A DNA stretch of 64,000 nucleotides from Podarcis erhardii (Eukaryota), in assembly GCA_964252035.1 (NCBI GenBank), contig OZ176207.1; one strand, given 5' to 3'. Positions 25,014 to 38,415 of the stretch are shown here, in pieces. Both the position numbers and the translations under genes were made by a program. The notes under the pieces are model-generated. The model made no database searches. It was not told the origin of the DNA and saw only the letters and a list, made by a program, of their open reading frames with translations. Numbering within the stretch: the first letter of the stretch is position 1; each line of letters starts with the position of its first letter.

Positions 25014-27540
25014 TTTGCTATTTCTGTAATTCTACATGGAATTTTATCTCTAAAGTAGGGAATTGCTTGTAATACAAGTTCACCTTTAAATGCAATCAGA
25101 AACAAATTTCTTCTCCACTTGTGTGCACCCTCTTCGCTTCCCAGTGCCTCACCGTTCAGCATCATTAATAGTTTCTTTCTTTAAAAATGGAAAAAAAACA
25201 AAAAAAGAAAAACCATAGGAATAGTAGAGAGTGGATGCCTGTTTGTGAGGAGGGCTCATCAGATATATAAAGTTTGTTTTCAGAGGCTTCTAAAGAAATT
25301 GTGGTCTTCTAGATCATTTAAGGAGTGTAATTCCTTGTCAGGGTACACATGGTTTGTCAATGTCTCCTTTATTGGATCAGGAGGCAGTGGGGTCTACATT
25401 TGACATGCTCCCTGGCAGGAAGTTCCAGTTCTGTGCATGTTCATTTCTGGTTTGAGGTTAGATAGGACTCTCCTACCTCTGCCGACTGACAGTTACCACC
25501 AGCACCCCACACTTTTTCAAGGGTGATTTTATTTTTACTTGATAAAGGGAAGAAATGGCAGGGAGGTTTAGCTAATGGTACTGGTGAAACCCATTTTATG
25601 CTTGAAATTAATTCAAAGAAAACTGGGTCGTCGCTGAATTAAAGTGATTAAAAAAGATGGGAGAGCTTATATTTAAAATCTTCTCATAGGACCTGGACTA
25701 AAGCTAGCTGCACTCTTTATAAAAGAGACAACATGTTATACATTATTATGTTATTTGCTATCTGTCTTTCACCCAGTTTAAACATAGCATTAATACCTCT
25801 ATACTTTTGCATAATTCCATTTAAAAAGTTTCTGTAAAGGAATAAAATACTGAAAGACCAAACTAACCAAAGTGCATATGATCAATGTGATCAAAATATT
25901 TTACCACTTTTATTTACAATAATGTAAAGAACTATTTCTAGCACCATTTCCCCCACAATGTTCCCAAGTAATAAATCATTTCCAGTTTCTCTCAAACAAT
26001 TTTGTGTGAATCAAAGCATCCCCACCTCCGCTCCAGTGTAGTTTTCATTCTGCAACGAGTGGACTTCCAGGACGTTGTCACAAATGGTCACCCCTACAAT
26101 ATCTCCAAAGTTCAGCCCCTACCAGCTACAGCTGTGTCAATAACTTGGCACAAACCATATAATGTTGCTTGGGGACATCTCTCTAACCAAGGACAGTTTT
26201 TTTGTGAGTTTCTTAATAGGGTCAGAAACACATCCCACAAATAAGTGTTGTCCAGCTTGGGATGTTTGGACATTGTTAAGCACTCTTCTTCTGACACCAC
26301 AGACACATATATTTTCTGGGATTCAAAATTCTACCCTCAGCTTATATTGCAAATCTCATTGGGGTAGAAACCCCCCCCCCCAAAAAGTTAGTGTGTTGCT
26401 GTTGTTTTCTGACATAGGGTGAAGGTTCCAAGCTATAAGGAGCTTAATGCAACCAATCTTACATACAATTGCTTGCATTTTTTCTTTTTTATTCCCAGAG
26501 TCCCCTCCCCAATTAAGTCTCTTTATCTTATCATTCTAAAATATACAAACATCAATAATATCTCAGTCAATAAAGAGTTAAGTAAAACCATAACTGCTTT
26601 TGGAAAATGACATAACAAGCCTTTTGGCAATGGGAATATCAATATCAGCTTTCTGGAGGGAGTGTAGTGGAAAGGGGTTACTTACTATCAGAGAAGTCCC
26701 TATGAAGTACCATGGACATGCAAACAAGTCCACCACAGTTACTTGCTGACTAGATGTTTGACTATTCTATCTGTCCATGCAGACCACAGTAGGTATTTGT
26801 AGCGTACAAGCTGCTTGAAAGAAAAGAAAAATGAATCAGTTTGTTTCCAGGTTAAGAGCTTGTCTGCCTGAATGACTGGTGTGGACACTGACTTGTCATA
26901 GGCCGCTAGTTTCTAGTGCTCACCGAGGCAGTAAGCCTATGTCTTGCCAGTACCGAGATAGGTGGCAGCTCACATTTATATACTCATTTATTCATATACC
27001 AGCTGTCTATCCATCCATCCCAACGTTTGGAAATGTCATGCAGAAATGAGATAAAAACAAAATACAACAGTCAAAGTTAAAACAATTAAGAATGCACCAA
27101 ATCCATCCGTAAATTAAACAAGAACCCACATACTGAAGTCTTGATCAATACTGGTCAGGAAATACACTTCACATAAAAACTAGGTGAGAGGAATAAAATT
27201 AGGCTAATAACTGGCTCCCAGACATGATTGTTTGCAACATGTAGGGAACTATGTTTTCTTATAGAGGAACATTCTGTTTTATGAGCCCCCACCAGCAGTC
27301 CGAAGTAACACAAATGAGGCAAAGATTGGTCACCTGATGCATCAAGATAAAGATTTGATGAAAGAAGTTCCTCCACAGAAGGATCACATATGCAGTGATG
27401 ACTAAAAAGGGGAGCTGAATGGAATAAAAAGAAGACTGGCATAGTTCTGAATATAATGAGAAACCAGAGGTAAATGGGAAATATATTCTGATATTAATAA
27501 AACAAAACAAAATCATGTTAATCTAAAATTGTTTGCTCAC

Positions 27541-29943
27541 CTGGACTACGATTAAGCCTTCATTGTTCAAGTTTAAATCTTCACCAGGTAGGATCGGATC
27601 CTTTGCCTCACAAGCTTCTTTATTGTTCAGAGTATTGGAATAATTTGCCTTTCTAGAGTCTGCAGTGAGAGAAACCTCCTGGCAGTAGGAGTGCAGAAAT
27701 GCTCGGACTCCGTCAATCCCCACAAACTGTGAGATAGGAGCGCCACTGAAATTCACACTCCCCGACTCAAGCAGTTGAGAATTTCTCCACCTGTGCAACT
27801 TGATGGCCAGTAACACAAGGAGGAAAGTGAAGAACAAGCAGGAGACAAAAGCCACTGCAAGGACCAGGTAGAAAGTGAGGTCAGACGGAGGCTCTACAGG
27901 AGCTGAGATGCTGCTCAGGTCTGAGAGGACTGCAGGGATGGCGTCAGCCAGCACCACAGTCAGAGTGGCTGAAGCAGAGAGAGGTGGCTGCCCATTGTCC
28001 TTCACTAAAACCACCAGACTTTGCTTGAGGGCATCTTTCTCCAGAAAGAAGCGGGCTGTCCTGATCTCTCCCGTGTGGAGCCCCAGAGTGAAGAGCCCTG
28101 GCTCAGTGGCCTTGATCAGCTGGTAGGAGAGCCAGGCATTCTGGCCAGAGTCTGCATCCACGGCCACCACCTTAGTGACCAGGTAGCCTGGCTCAGAGGA
28201 GCGAGGGGCCAGCTCTATCCCCGTGGAGCCGTCAGTGGGAGGGGAGGGGTAAAGGATTTGGGGTGCATTGTCATTCTGGTCCAGGATGAGGAGAGTCACT
28301 GAGACGTTGGAGCTGAGTGGTGGAGAACCTCCGTCCTGAGCCCTTACATGGAACTTAATCTCCCGAAACTCTTCATAATCAAAGGAGGTCAGAGCATATA
28401 TAACCCCCGTCTCAGAGTTAATGGACAGATAGGAGGAGAGGCGGGAGTCACTTCCTTGGTCATCAGTGATGGAATATGTTATTCTGGCATTTTCTTCCCA
28501 GTCTGGATCACTTGCTTTCAGGGAAAAGACTGAGGCTCCTCTTGGATTATTTTCTAGGAGGTAAGAGGTGTAGGCTGACTGTACAAAGAGTGGGGGATTG
28601 TCATTTGTGTCTAACAGCTGCAGTGAAATAATTGCAGAGGTTGATAATGTTGGAGTCCCATTATCAGTTGCTGTAATAGCGATGTCATAGGTTGCCACTT
28701 GTTCCCTATCAAGGGCTCTGTCTGTCACTAAAGTGTAAAAATTGTCCATTGTTTTTTTAAGTTGGAAAGGAAGACTGTTGGAAATTGAGCATATAACCTC
28801 CCCATTGACTCCTGAATCTCTGTCTTGGACATTTAAAATGGCAATGACAGTTCCAGTTGGTGTGTTCTCAGACACAGCGTTGAGTACAAAGGTTATTGCT
28901 ATTTCAGGTGCATTGTCATTTAAGTCTTTTACAAAGATAACAACCTTTGATCTGTTACTTAGGCCACCACCATCAATGGCTTGCACCTCAAATTCATATA
29001 AGGATGATATTTCAAAGTCAAGGCTTCCTGCAAGGGTAATGTCTCCCGTTGTTGAATTCAGTAGAAACATTTTAGAAATCTTCTCTGTGTTTTTTCCAAA
29101 GGAGTATTTTACCTCTCCATTGATTCCTTCATCTATATCAGTGGCTCGCACTGTGCAAACTATAAACTCTTTAGGAATATTTTCCTTTATGGTTGCTTCA
29201 AAGATCTGTTGTGTGAAAACCGGTGCATTGTCATTTGCATCTAGAACAATCACATGAATTTGAGCAGTACCAGATCTCACTGGATCACCCCCATCAGTAG
29301 CTGTGAGGATTAGATCATAATCTGGTTGCTCTTCCCTGTCCAGAAGTTTCTCCAGCACCAGCTCAGCATGTCTTGCCCCATTTTCTCCTGTCTGCACATG
29401 CAGAGAAAAATGGCTACTGCCTGCAAGTTGATAATCTTGTATAGAATTTATCCCTAGATCTGGATCCTGAGCTATGGGTAAAAGAAACCTGTCTCTGAGT
29501 GTTGATGTCTCACTGATTTTCATTTTCCATTCCTTTGGTAGAAACCAGGGTGCATTGTCATTTATATCTGTAATTTCCACTTCAATACCATAAAGTTTTA
29601 ATTTACTTTCAATAAAAACCTGCAACTTCAATATGCATTTGTCTGCCTCTCCACAGATTTCCTCTCTATCTATTCTCTCAGAAATCTGTAAATGGCCATT
29701 GTTGACATTCAAAGCAAAATACTGAACCATACCTACACTGGAAACAATGCGGAGTCCATGGTCTGAAAGCTGCTTCTCATCCATTCCCAGGTCCTTTGCA
29801 ACATTCCCCACAAAAGAGCCTTTCTGCATCTCCTCAGGAATGGAATAGCGGATCTGCCCAGAAATTAGCTTCCAGATGGTCACCATGACAAGGCATTGAA
29901 GGATTCCTTTTCTGCAACTCCCGAGTCTCTGGGTTTCTTCCAT
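27541..29943 (-). CDS. PCDHGA: Protocadherin gamma-A-like variable exon (A5), 801 codons
   Basis: ORF 27523..29943: [18 protein letters not shown], six ECs, gamma-A tail; donor CAG|GTGAGC after 27541. Confidence 0.95.
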
Positions 29944-30175
29944 GATTTTGTACCAGGATAAAAAATGCTGGTTCTGTTCAAAAGCTCTAATGATTGGTTT
30001 CTGGTGTTCCCTTTGTTCTGCTCCTAGTTCCAGTTCAAAATAGCGAAATTGTTTCTAAGCAAAACTTCCTTCAGTTTTGCTTTCTGTACTGTCATGTTCA
30101 GCCTTGCCTCAGTTATTGTGTGCTGCACTGTAATAGCTAAGGTTGTGAGGCTAGATCTTTTACTTTTTTCCCTTA

Positions 30176-30216
30176 TTGGTGAACAGCGACACCATGAGGC
30201 TCAATACAAAACTGCA
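30176..30216 (-). promoter_or_regulatory. CSE/CTCF-type site of A5, canonical CGCT box
   Basis: TGCAG-TTTTGTATTGAG-CCTCATGGTGTCGCTGTTCACCAA, about 233 bp upstream of the ATG. Confidence 0.85.
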
Positions 30217-30453
30217 GAAGCCTTATTTTGGAATCCTAAATATACATTTTCTTCCATACAGTAACTCCTTCTATTCTTTATGGTATTATCAGGAAATTTC
30301 AGTTGACTGGTCTTTTTGTTCAACTCATTAATAGATATATAACTCATATAAGCCAGTTTTGTCCTTAAAAAAAAAAATCACAATAGGTACTTTTTCTCAG
30401 GTGTTCTCATGTTTACTCCCAGTCTTAGTTGAATATTGAATATTATAAGCATA

Positions 30454-30694
30454 CAGTGGTACCTCTAGTTACAAACTTAATTTGTTCCGGAGGTCCATTC
30501 TTAACCTGAAACTGTTCTTAACTAGAGGTGTGCTTTCGCTAATGGGGCCTCTTGCTGCTGCTGCGCCGCCAGCAAATGATTTCCGTTCTCATCCTGGGGC
30601 AAAGTTCTCAACTTGAGGTAACTCTTCCAGGTTAGTGGAGTTTGTAACCTGAAGCGTTTGCAACCTGAGGCGTTTGTAACTAAAGGTACCACTG
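30454..30694. mobile_element. Tc1/mariner (Tigger-like) MITE, family 2
   Basis: TIR CAGTGGTACC...GGTACCACTG, TA TSDs; an inverted copy of the same family is at 45647..45886. Confidence 0.85.
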
Positions 30695-32109
30695 TATAAC
30701 CAAGGATCTGGCAGGTGATTATACTACGATATGTGCAATTCAGTCCTGCTCATCTATGTATGCTGATCTATCATGTGCAGTTTTCTAATCATTCTTCCTC
30801 CCGCTCCCATTTCCTTCTCAGAGTTAATTCTTTATTTGACCTTCACATGCAGTTACATTTGTGTGATTTCCCCCCCAACCCTGTCCAAGTGGTTCTGTCT
30901 TTCACAGGCAGCTCTTAGATGCAGGGGATTGCATAATGGAAAGTCAGCTTCCACAGGGCTGTGCTTGAAAAATAATCATGCATCCTCTTTCCTCTCCATC
31001 TTTCCCTCCTTCAGTAATCCCATGTGCCCAGTTTCTCTTTCTTCAGTTCTCATCTGATAGTTCCTCAGGCTCTTACGCTGACTAACTTTGAGATGAGAAG
31101 TTTCCATTACATCCAGTAAGTAGAACTGCAGAGCGTTTTCACTGAAAGCCAATAATCAGAACAAGATTAATGGAAGTAAAGTGTCCAAGAACTAAGACTT
31201 GCACCCTGCCCATCATGAGGATAGCTATTCATTCTAGTACCATAATAATCTGAAACGGGCGTTTTGAAACAAGAGATGTATTGAGGGTATCAAGAAGGCA
31301 CTTTTGTTGTCACACCATTACATTCTAAGGTAGCAGATTTGAATCTTTTAAGTCTCCATTGAAGTGGGGAAACAATTTCGATAATCTATCCCAGATACTT
31401 CCAGTTTGCTGTTGTATTCCATTATTCTCTTATGACTTTATCACTGACAGCTCTTCTTTTGGAGGCTTGGTTGTTCTCTGAAGTCAACTCAATTTGACTT
31501 TGGCCATCAACTCAGTCACTTCTTTGATTTATAGCTAACCAACAATATTCTCAAATGAACATATCTCACATCATGGCCACTGGGAGGTGTGACTACAATT
31601 ATCTGAAATCCCACCCGTGATTCCATAGGCACCCATATCTAGAAATGTGGTAACTTTACTGTGTAGTTGGAGGCTACAGGTATTCAGATGGCCTCTCATG
31701 AGGTATGCTTTTAAGTAGGCGCCATGTAGAAGGTAAGATAATAAACACCAGTGTCTCTTCTACTTCCTGCTGAAGTAGGGACCTGAAACATCAGAAACAG
31801 AAGCCTAGCTGGATGCCGTTTGAGTTGTGGTGAAAGCTGGCGAAGCACAAGAAAACCGAGTGACTCAGAAGTCTTCTAAATAGCATGCCTCTTGCTTGGG
31901 AGCTGCTTTCCTCCAGTCTCCATGCAGCTGGGGCGTAATGAGTGAGCTGATCACGCAGGTCCTACCCACATAAACTGAACACACTCCTCTTGCATAAACT
32001 CAACCTACATGGCTTCTCACTTAGATCCCAACTGCATAGGGTCTACTCATAGAAAGCAGCTCCCTCATGCCTAATAATAGCTAATAATACTTGGATCATG
32101 ACTGGATGC

Positions 32110-32710
32110 AGAAAGGGGACATTTTTAACAAAACAACTTTCAATAGAGATAAATTTAAATCTCTGCGTTAGGTAGGAAGAATCAGGTGCACAAATCTAGG
32201 ATGGGTGATACCTGGCTTGACAGTTGTACATGTGAAAAGGAACTAGGGCTTTAGTAGACCACAAGGTAAATATGAGCCAGCAGTGCGACACAACAGCTAA
32301 AAAGGCTAATGCAGTTCTAGTTCACATCAACATAAATACTGTGTCCAGTTTGTGAGAAGTAATGGTATATTTATATCCTGCTTTGGTCAGACAACCTCAC
32401 CCAGAGTACTGTGCCCATTTCCATGCACCACAGTTTAAGAAAAATATTGGCAAACTGGAAGGTGTCCAAAAAGGGGAAACAAAAAAAAATTCAAATTGCA
32501 AGAAAAAGTATTTAGACAATAGTCTAAATAGGAAGAACGTTTTGCAGACATGAGCTGCTTGAAAGTGGATCAGACTGCATCCATTAAGTTGTGTACTCTT
32601 CTTCATTAGAAGTTCTAAACAGAGATTATCAGCAATGGTGAATTTCTTGCATTGGCAGATGGTTGGAATAGATGATTATTGAGGTCGCTTTCAACTCTAT
32701 AATTCTAATA
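32110..32710 (+). mobile_element. Degenerate CR1 LINE fragment (RT C-terminus and 3' UTR)
   Basis: GTAGACCACAAG...ATGAGCCAGCAGTG...AAAAAGGCTAATGC...GAGTACTGTG, ending TCAACTCTATAATTCT. Boundaries approximate. Confidence 0.7.
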
Positions 32711-34524
32711 TGTGAAGTGAGAACACATGTGTCTCCACTATGATAAAATGCAAGAATTTCACCTGCTAGAATCATCCATCATTCCATGATCCTTGCGCCT
32801 AGCCCTGCTTTCCATATTATACAGGAAGGAATAAATGTCACTCACACCTCAGTTTCCTTTTGTTTTGAACATGTGATGCTCCCCTCAAACCATCCTAGAA
32901 TTTGGAGTGATAGTATTGCAGCAGCAGTAAATAAATTGTCTTCTTTTTCTATCATTTGCCCCCAAATATGTAAAGAAGAATTTGGCAGAGTTCTTTTGGA
33001 AGAATAAATCTGGACTCTGTACGCTAAGGTAATTTACCTCAGACTTTGCAGATAAAATAATAGTCATTTCAACAATCCTGCCATGGAGTCAGTGTGGATT
33101 TTTAAAAAAATGTCTATATTTGGGATATAGTCAAGAATATTCAGCTTCAAGGCAGGATTAATGCCTATTGGAATAAAAAGGCCTGCAGCAGGCAGTGAAA
33201 TGCCATCAGGAAGGAGGCCCAGAGGACTTTCCAGGGCAGGGAGTTCCACATCCCTTCCATGAATACCTGCCTAATATATCTTAGATAGTGGTCCCCTGTG
33301 GCAGGGAGGCACATGGCAGCATGTCTACCAGAAGTATTGTACGGTAGTTACCCCATCTAGGTAAAAATATAAATTCAGGTGGTCAGGGAACCAGTACAGC
33401 TTCACGTCATTTTATAAGGCCTCAGTCCCAAGGCCTGCTCATTTTGCCTCAGCAAGGAAGCGGGGAGGTGGTTCTGCCAGGCTGAGGGCCTGCTCTTCAC
33501 CTTTAGCTGCTGCCACCTCAGAAACCTGACAGTTTGCCTGTTTTGCAATTACACCAGGCGCCATCGGTCTTTCTGGACCAGTGGGCACATTTTTAATTCT
33601 GAGAGAGTGCTGTGGGTGCAAGTCACAAAATGGCTGCCATGGGTGCGTGGCATAATACAAAATGGCTGCTGTGGGGAGCACGGTATACCACAAAATTAGA
33701 GTGAGCACGGTCATGGTGAAACTTTTCCCATAATTGTATTTCCATACTAGGAAAGGCTCAACCTCTTGAATTTTTGTCTGCCATACATCTGTTAAAGGCA
33801 CAAGAACCCTGTTTTCCCCCAATGCCAACCCTAAACCAAAGCCTCGTCTGCCATCCTGCATCCATTAAGCACGTCTGAGTAGGTATGTATACCATTATAC
33901 TGTAAGTTAACTATACAGTGAATTCTTAATGATTGGCAGGTCTTTAGCTCTTTCACAGCATAAGATATGTCTAAGCCTCTTTGCAAAGTGTTCACATTTG
34001 CCTTTGGGTGAGTTTTTAACATCCATCCATATTTACTGTGTAGTAATATCTAGAGAAAATAACTTCTCTAGGGATTACTTTACCTCAGAGAAACCCACCA
34101 CAGGAATGACGCATCCCAGTTTCTAGGAACAAAAATCAGGACTCTGCGCTCCAGCATTGCATATATACTGGATTTTTTATTTTTATTTTTTTTAGCAAGG
34201 TATAATATGAGGCCTAGTAAGGGATTGAAGGTGCTTGCTTAATTGTGAGTGCAGTAGAAAAAGTACCGGTATTCAGAAAAGATAAAATTTTCCTCAGAAG
34301 AAGGGGGGAGGAGCGCTGCCAGCACTTCTAAAACATGAAGCTGCCACAGATAAACACAGGAGATCAAAAAGAGTGAATATGCATTTTCTGGAAGAGGCTC
34401 AACAGCAGAGATTAAGGTTTATCTGTCAGAAGATAATTAATTACCTTATTTAGTGACAGGAAAGTTCTGGTATATTTTCTCCAGGAACAGTTTTGTATGT
34501 AGCAAAAAGCCAAGCAGTGCTTGG

Positions 34525-34705
34525 CAAGGCCGGCCCAGTACATTTTGGCACCTGAGACAGACCCCAGAATGGCACCCCCTCCCCACCAAGGAAGGTGGGG
34601 TGAGTGAAGATCTACGTCAGGAACTGACATCAGGATCTGCTGCCCTGGTGGACTCTGCCGCCTAAGGTGGTCACCACACCTTCCCTCGTGGGTGAGCCGG
34701 CCCTG
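34525..34705. mobile_element. hAT-type MITE
   Basis: TIR CA(A/G)GGCCGGC, 8-bp TSD GTGCTTGG/GCGCTTGG (one mismatch). Confidence 0.7.
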
Positions 34706-35151
34706 GCGCTTGGCCTTTCCAAGCCATTACAAGAAACAGCTCTGTCTCTGCCAAGTCTTATGTGAGAGTCTCTCCGATCCACACACCTCCCTGTCTTTGA
34801 TCTTATCCTTTTAGAGGTTTGGAAAGTGGTAGAGGTCCATCATATGGAAGATTCGCTTTAATCATTGCATATGGGAGTGTTTTCTTCTGCCAGTTTACAT
34901 CTTTGATTTTTCTTCTGCCCTACCCATCCCGGCAGAGAACATGAGAATCCACATGACATTTACTAATGGAAAAGACAGAAGATTCAGCCTAAAACTAATT
35001 GCACAAATGCGCTAAATAATCTATCTTAATTAATATTCAGTTAGTATGTTATTTTCATTTTTCTCGATTCAGCAGATACTGGAATATCAGTCAAACAAGT
35101 GTATAAGTATAACTCATGATTATTCTTACTATGCACACGTTATTACAAAAT

Positions 35152-35315
35152 CAGTGGCGTAGCGTGGGGGGTGCAGGGGAGCCGCACCGGGCACAACATC
35201 TGGGGGTTAGGGTTAGGGGGTGCAAATCCACGGGTTAGGGGGTGCAAATCCACGGGTTAGGGGGTGCAAATTACTTGCCTTGCCCCGGGTGCTGACAACC
35301 CACACTACGCCACTG
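35152..35315. mobile_element. hAT-type MITE with internal 22-bp TTAGGG-containing tandem repeats
   Basis: TIR CAGTGGCGTAG/CTACGCCACTG, perfect 8-bp TSD TACAAAAT (35144, 35316); internal GGGTTAGGGGGTGCAAATCCAC about x3. Confidence 0.88.
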
Positions 35316-35764
35316 TACAAAATATCCTACAACTATATGGTACATTTCGGCCAAAGAAAAGCATTTCTGGGACCCAGTGATTTCTGAAGAAGGAACTTAA
35401 GCATGTGCTTATCTCTCCTATGGATGGTGCCCATAATATTGATGTTCATTTAAAAAGCTGCATAGCATCAATTATATTTTTACATACCATAATATATACT
35501 TGGCAATGAGGATCAGAGAGTCATTTTACTACTGGGCAATATAACAGTAAAGATAAGAAATGTAATTGAGTAAAATAATTTGTCTGTGTTATAACATGAA
35601 ACACAAATACTGAAAAAACAACTGTGGTGTTACTAATAAATATCAAACAAAGTGCTAGCTATAATAATAGCCTCCAGTATAGTATTGCAGATCAGCAGAT
35701 AGATGTAAAATTCACCAAGATGAGTAAGTTCATATAAAAACAAAAGATAACCTGATTAACTCAC

Positions 35765-38188
35765 CTGGGCTATGACTGGATCACCATCATTAAAATTTAA
35801 ATCTTCACCAGATATGATAGGATTCTTTACCTCACAAGTCTGTTGATTGCTCAGAGTATTGGAATAATTTGCCTTGGAAATACTAAATTGGCTTTTCTTA
35901 GAGCCTGAAGTCAGAGAAACATCATGGCAGTAGGAGTGCAGAAATGCTCGGACTCCGTCAATCCCCACAAACTGTGAGATAGGAGCGCCACTGAAATTCA
36001 CACTCCCCGACTCAAGCAGTTGAGAATTTCTCCACCTGTGCAACTTGATGGCCAGTAACACAAGGAGGAAAGTGAAGAACAAGCAGGAGACAAAAGCCAC
36101 TGCAAGGACCAGGTAGAAGGTGAGGTCAGACGGAGGCTCTACAGGAGCTGAGATGCTGCTCAGGTCTGAGAGGATTGCAGGGATGGTGTCAGCCAGCACC
36201 ACAGTCAGAGTGACTGAAGCAGAGAGAGGTGGCTGCCCATTGTCCTTGACTAAAACCACCAGGCTTTGCTTGAGGGCATCTTTCTCCAGGAAGAAGCGGG
36301 CCGTCCTGATCTCTCCCGTGTGGAGCCCCAGAGTGAAGAGCCCTGGCTCGGTGGCCTTGATCAGCTGGTAGGAGAGCCAGGCATTCTGGCCAGAGTCCGC
36401 ATCCACGGCCACCACCTTAGTGACCAGGTAGCCTGGCTCAGAGGAGCGAGGGGCCAGCTCTATCCCCGTAGAGCCGTCAGTGGGAGGGGAGGGGTAAAGG
36501 ATTTGGGGAGCATTGTCATTCTGATCGAGGATGAAGAGAGTCACTGAGACGTTGGAGCTGAGTGGTGGAGAACCTCCATCCTGAGCCTTTACATGGAACC
36601 GAATGTCTCGAAACGCTTCATAATCAAAGGAGGTCAGAGCATATATAACCCCCGTCTCAGAGTTAATGGAGAGGTAGGAGGAGAGGCGGGAGTCACTTCT
36701 TTGGTCATCAGTGATGGAATATGTTATTCTGGCATTTTCTTCCCAGTCAAGATCATTTGCTCTTAAGGAAGAGACCATGGCTCCTCTTTGGTTATTCTCA
36801 ACAAAATAGAAAGTATAGTCTGTTTTTTCAAAGAGGGGTGGGTTGTCATTTGTGTCTAAAACATGAAGTGTGATAACTGTGACTGTAGAAAGAGGGGGGA
36901 CTCCATGGTCAGTAACAGTGACAGTAATATTGAAGACTGACACCTGTTCCCTGTCAAGGGCACCAACAGTCACCAAACTGTAAAAGTTATCCATGGACTT
37001 CTTTAGCTGAAAAGGGAGGTTGCTAGGGATTGAACATGTGATTTCCCCATTGATTCCTGAATCTCGGTCTTGGACATTTAAAATGGCAATTACCGATTGG
37101 GATGGTGAACTTTCAAGTATGGTGTTGGTGGCAAAGTTAACTGATAATTGAGGTGCATTGTCATTCAGATCTGTAACAGATATCACAACTTTTGATCTGT
37201 CACTCAGGCCTCCTCCATCTTTGGCTTGTATCTCAAATGCATATAAAGATGATTCCTCATAATCAAGATTCCCAATAAGGATGATTTCACCTGTTGTGGA
37301 ATTTAAGACAAACATTTGGGAGTCTCTCTTTGTGATTTTTTGGAAAAAGTATTTAATGTCTCCGTTTATTCCTTCATCCATATCCGTCGCTCTCACTGTC
37401 AAAAGTATGGACCACTTTTGAATATTCTCATTGATACTCACTTCATAGAGAGGTTGGCTGAAAACTGGTGCATTGTCATTTGCATCAAGGACAGCGATGT
37501 GGATTTGTAATGTGCCAGATCTGATGGGATCACCTCCATCAGTAGCTATGAGGAGCAGATCGTAAGCTGATTGTTCCTCTCTGTCCAGTGACTTTTCCAA
37601 CACAAGTTCAGCAAGTCTGACACCATTTTCTTCTGTTTGCACATGCAAAGCAAAATGGCTGCTGCCTGTGAGTTGGTAGCTCTGCACAGAATTTATCCCC
37701 CAATCTGGATCTTGAGCTTCAGGAAGAGGAACCTGGAATCCAGGTGTAGATGCCTCACTGATTTCCAGCTCCTGTTCCCATAGAGGGAAGTGGGGAGCAT
37801 TATCATTTATATCTGTAATTTCCACTTCAATTCCATAAAGCTTCAATTTGCTTTCAACAAGAACCTGAAACTTCAACATACATTTCTCTGCCTCTCTGCA
37901 GATTTCCTCTCTATCTATTCTCTCAGATATCTGCAAATGGCCATTGTTGGCATTCAAAGAAAAGTACTGAATCATACCTACAGGGTAAACAATGCGCAGT
38001 CCATGGTTTGGGAGCTGCTTGCCATCCATTCCCAGGTCCTTTGCAATGTTCCCCACAGAAGAGCCTTTGTGCATCTCTTCTGGAATGGAGTAGTGGATCT
38101 GCCCAGAAACTGCCTTCCAAGAAAACATCATGAAAAGGCACTGGAAGATTCCCTTTCTGCAATTCCACAGCCTCTGAGTTCCTTCCAT
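35765..38188 (-). CDS. PCDHGA: Protocadherin gamma-A-like variable exon (A6), 808 codons
   Basis: ORF 35756..38188; donor CAG|GTGAGT after 35765. Confidence 0.95.
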
Positions 38189-38374
38189 CCTTGCAGCAGG
38201 TTAAAGACCCTTAGATTCTGGTTCAAAAGATGCTGTATCCAACTCTTCTCTAAGGAAAATGCACTTCCATTTCTTCTTTGCACTGAAAAGCAGCTTGCTC
38301 CTTCAGATATTTTGTGCTTGTGTTTAACAGAAAGGCAACTTCGATTGGGCAGGATTTCTCATTTCTCCTCCGTT

Positions 38375-38415
38375 CTGGTGAACAGTGACACCCAGAGGAT
38401 CAAGCCCAAAGTGCA
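38375..38415 (-). promoter_or_regulatory. CSE/CTCF-type site of A6, CACT variant
   Basis: TGCAC-TTTGGGCTTGAT-CCTCTGGGTGTCACTGTTCACCAG, about 187 bp upstream of the ATG. Confidence 0.8.

Noticed and set aside
31898-32064. 13-bp inverted repeat GGGAGCTGCTTTC as a MITE
   Set aside because: No clear TSD and no second copy in the window; too short to classify.
35200-35275. Interstitial telomere or chromosome fusion site
   Set aside because: The TTAGGG units lie inside a TIR/TSD-bounded MITE and are few.
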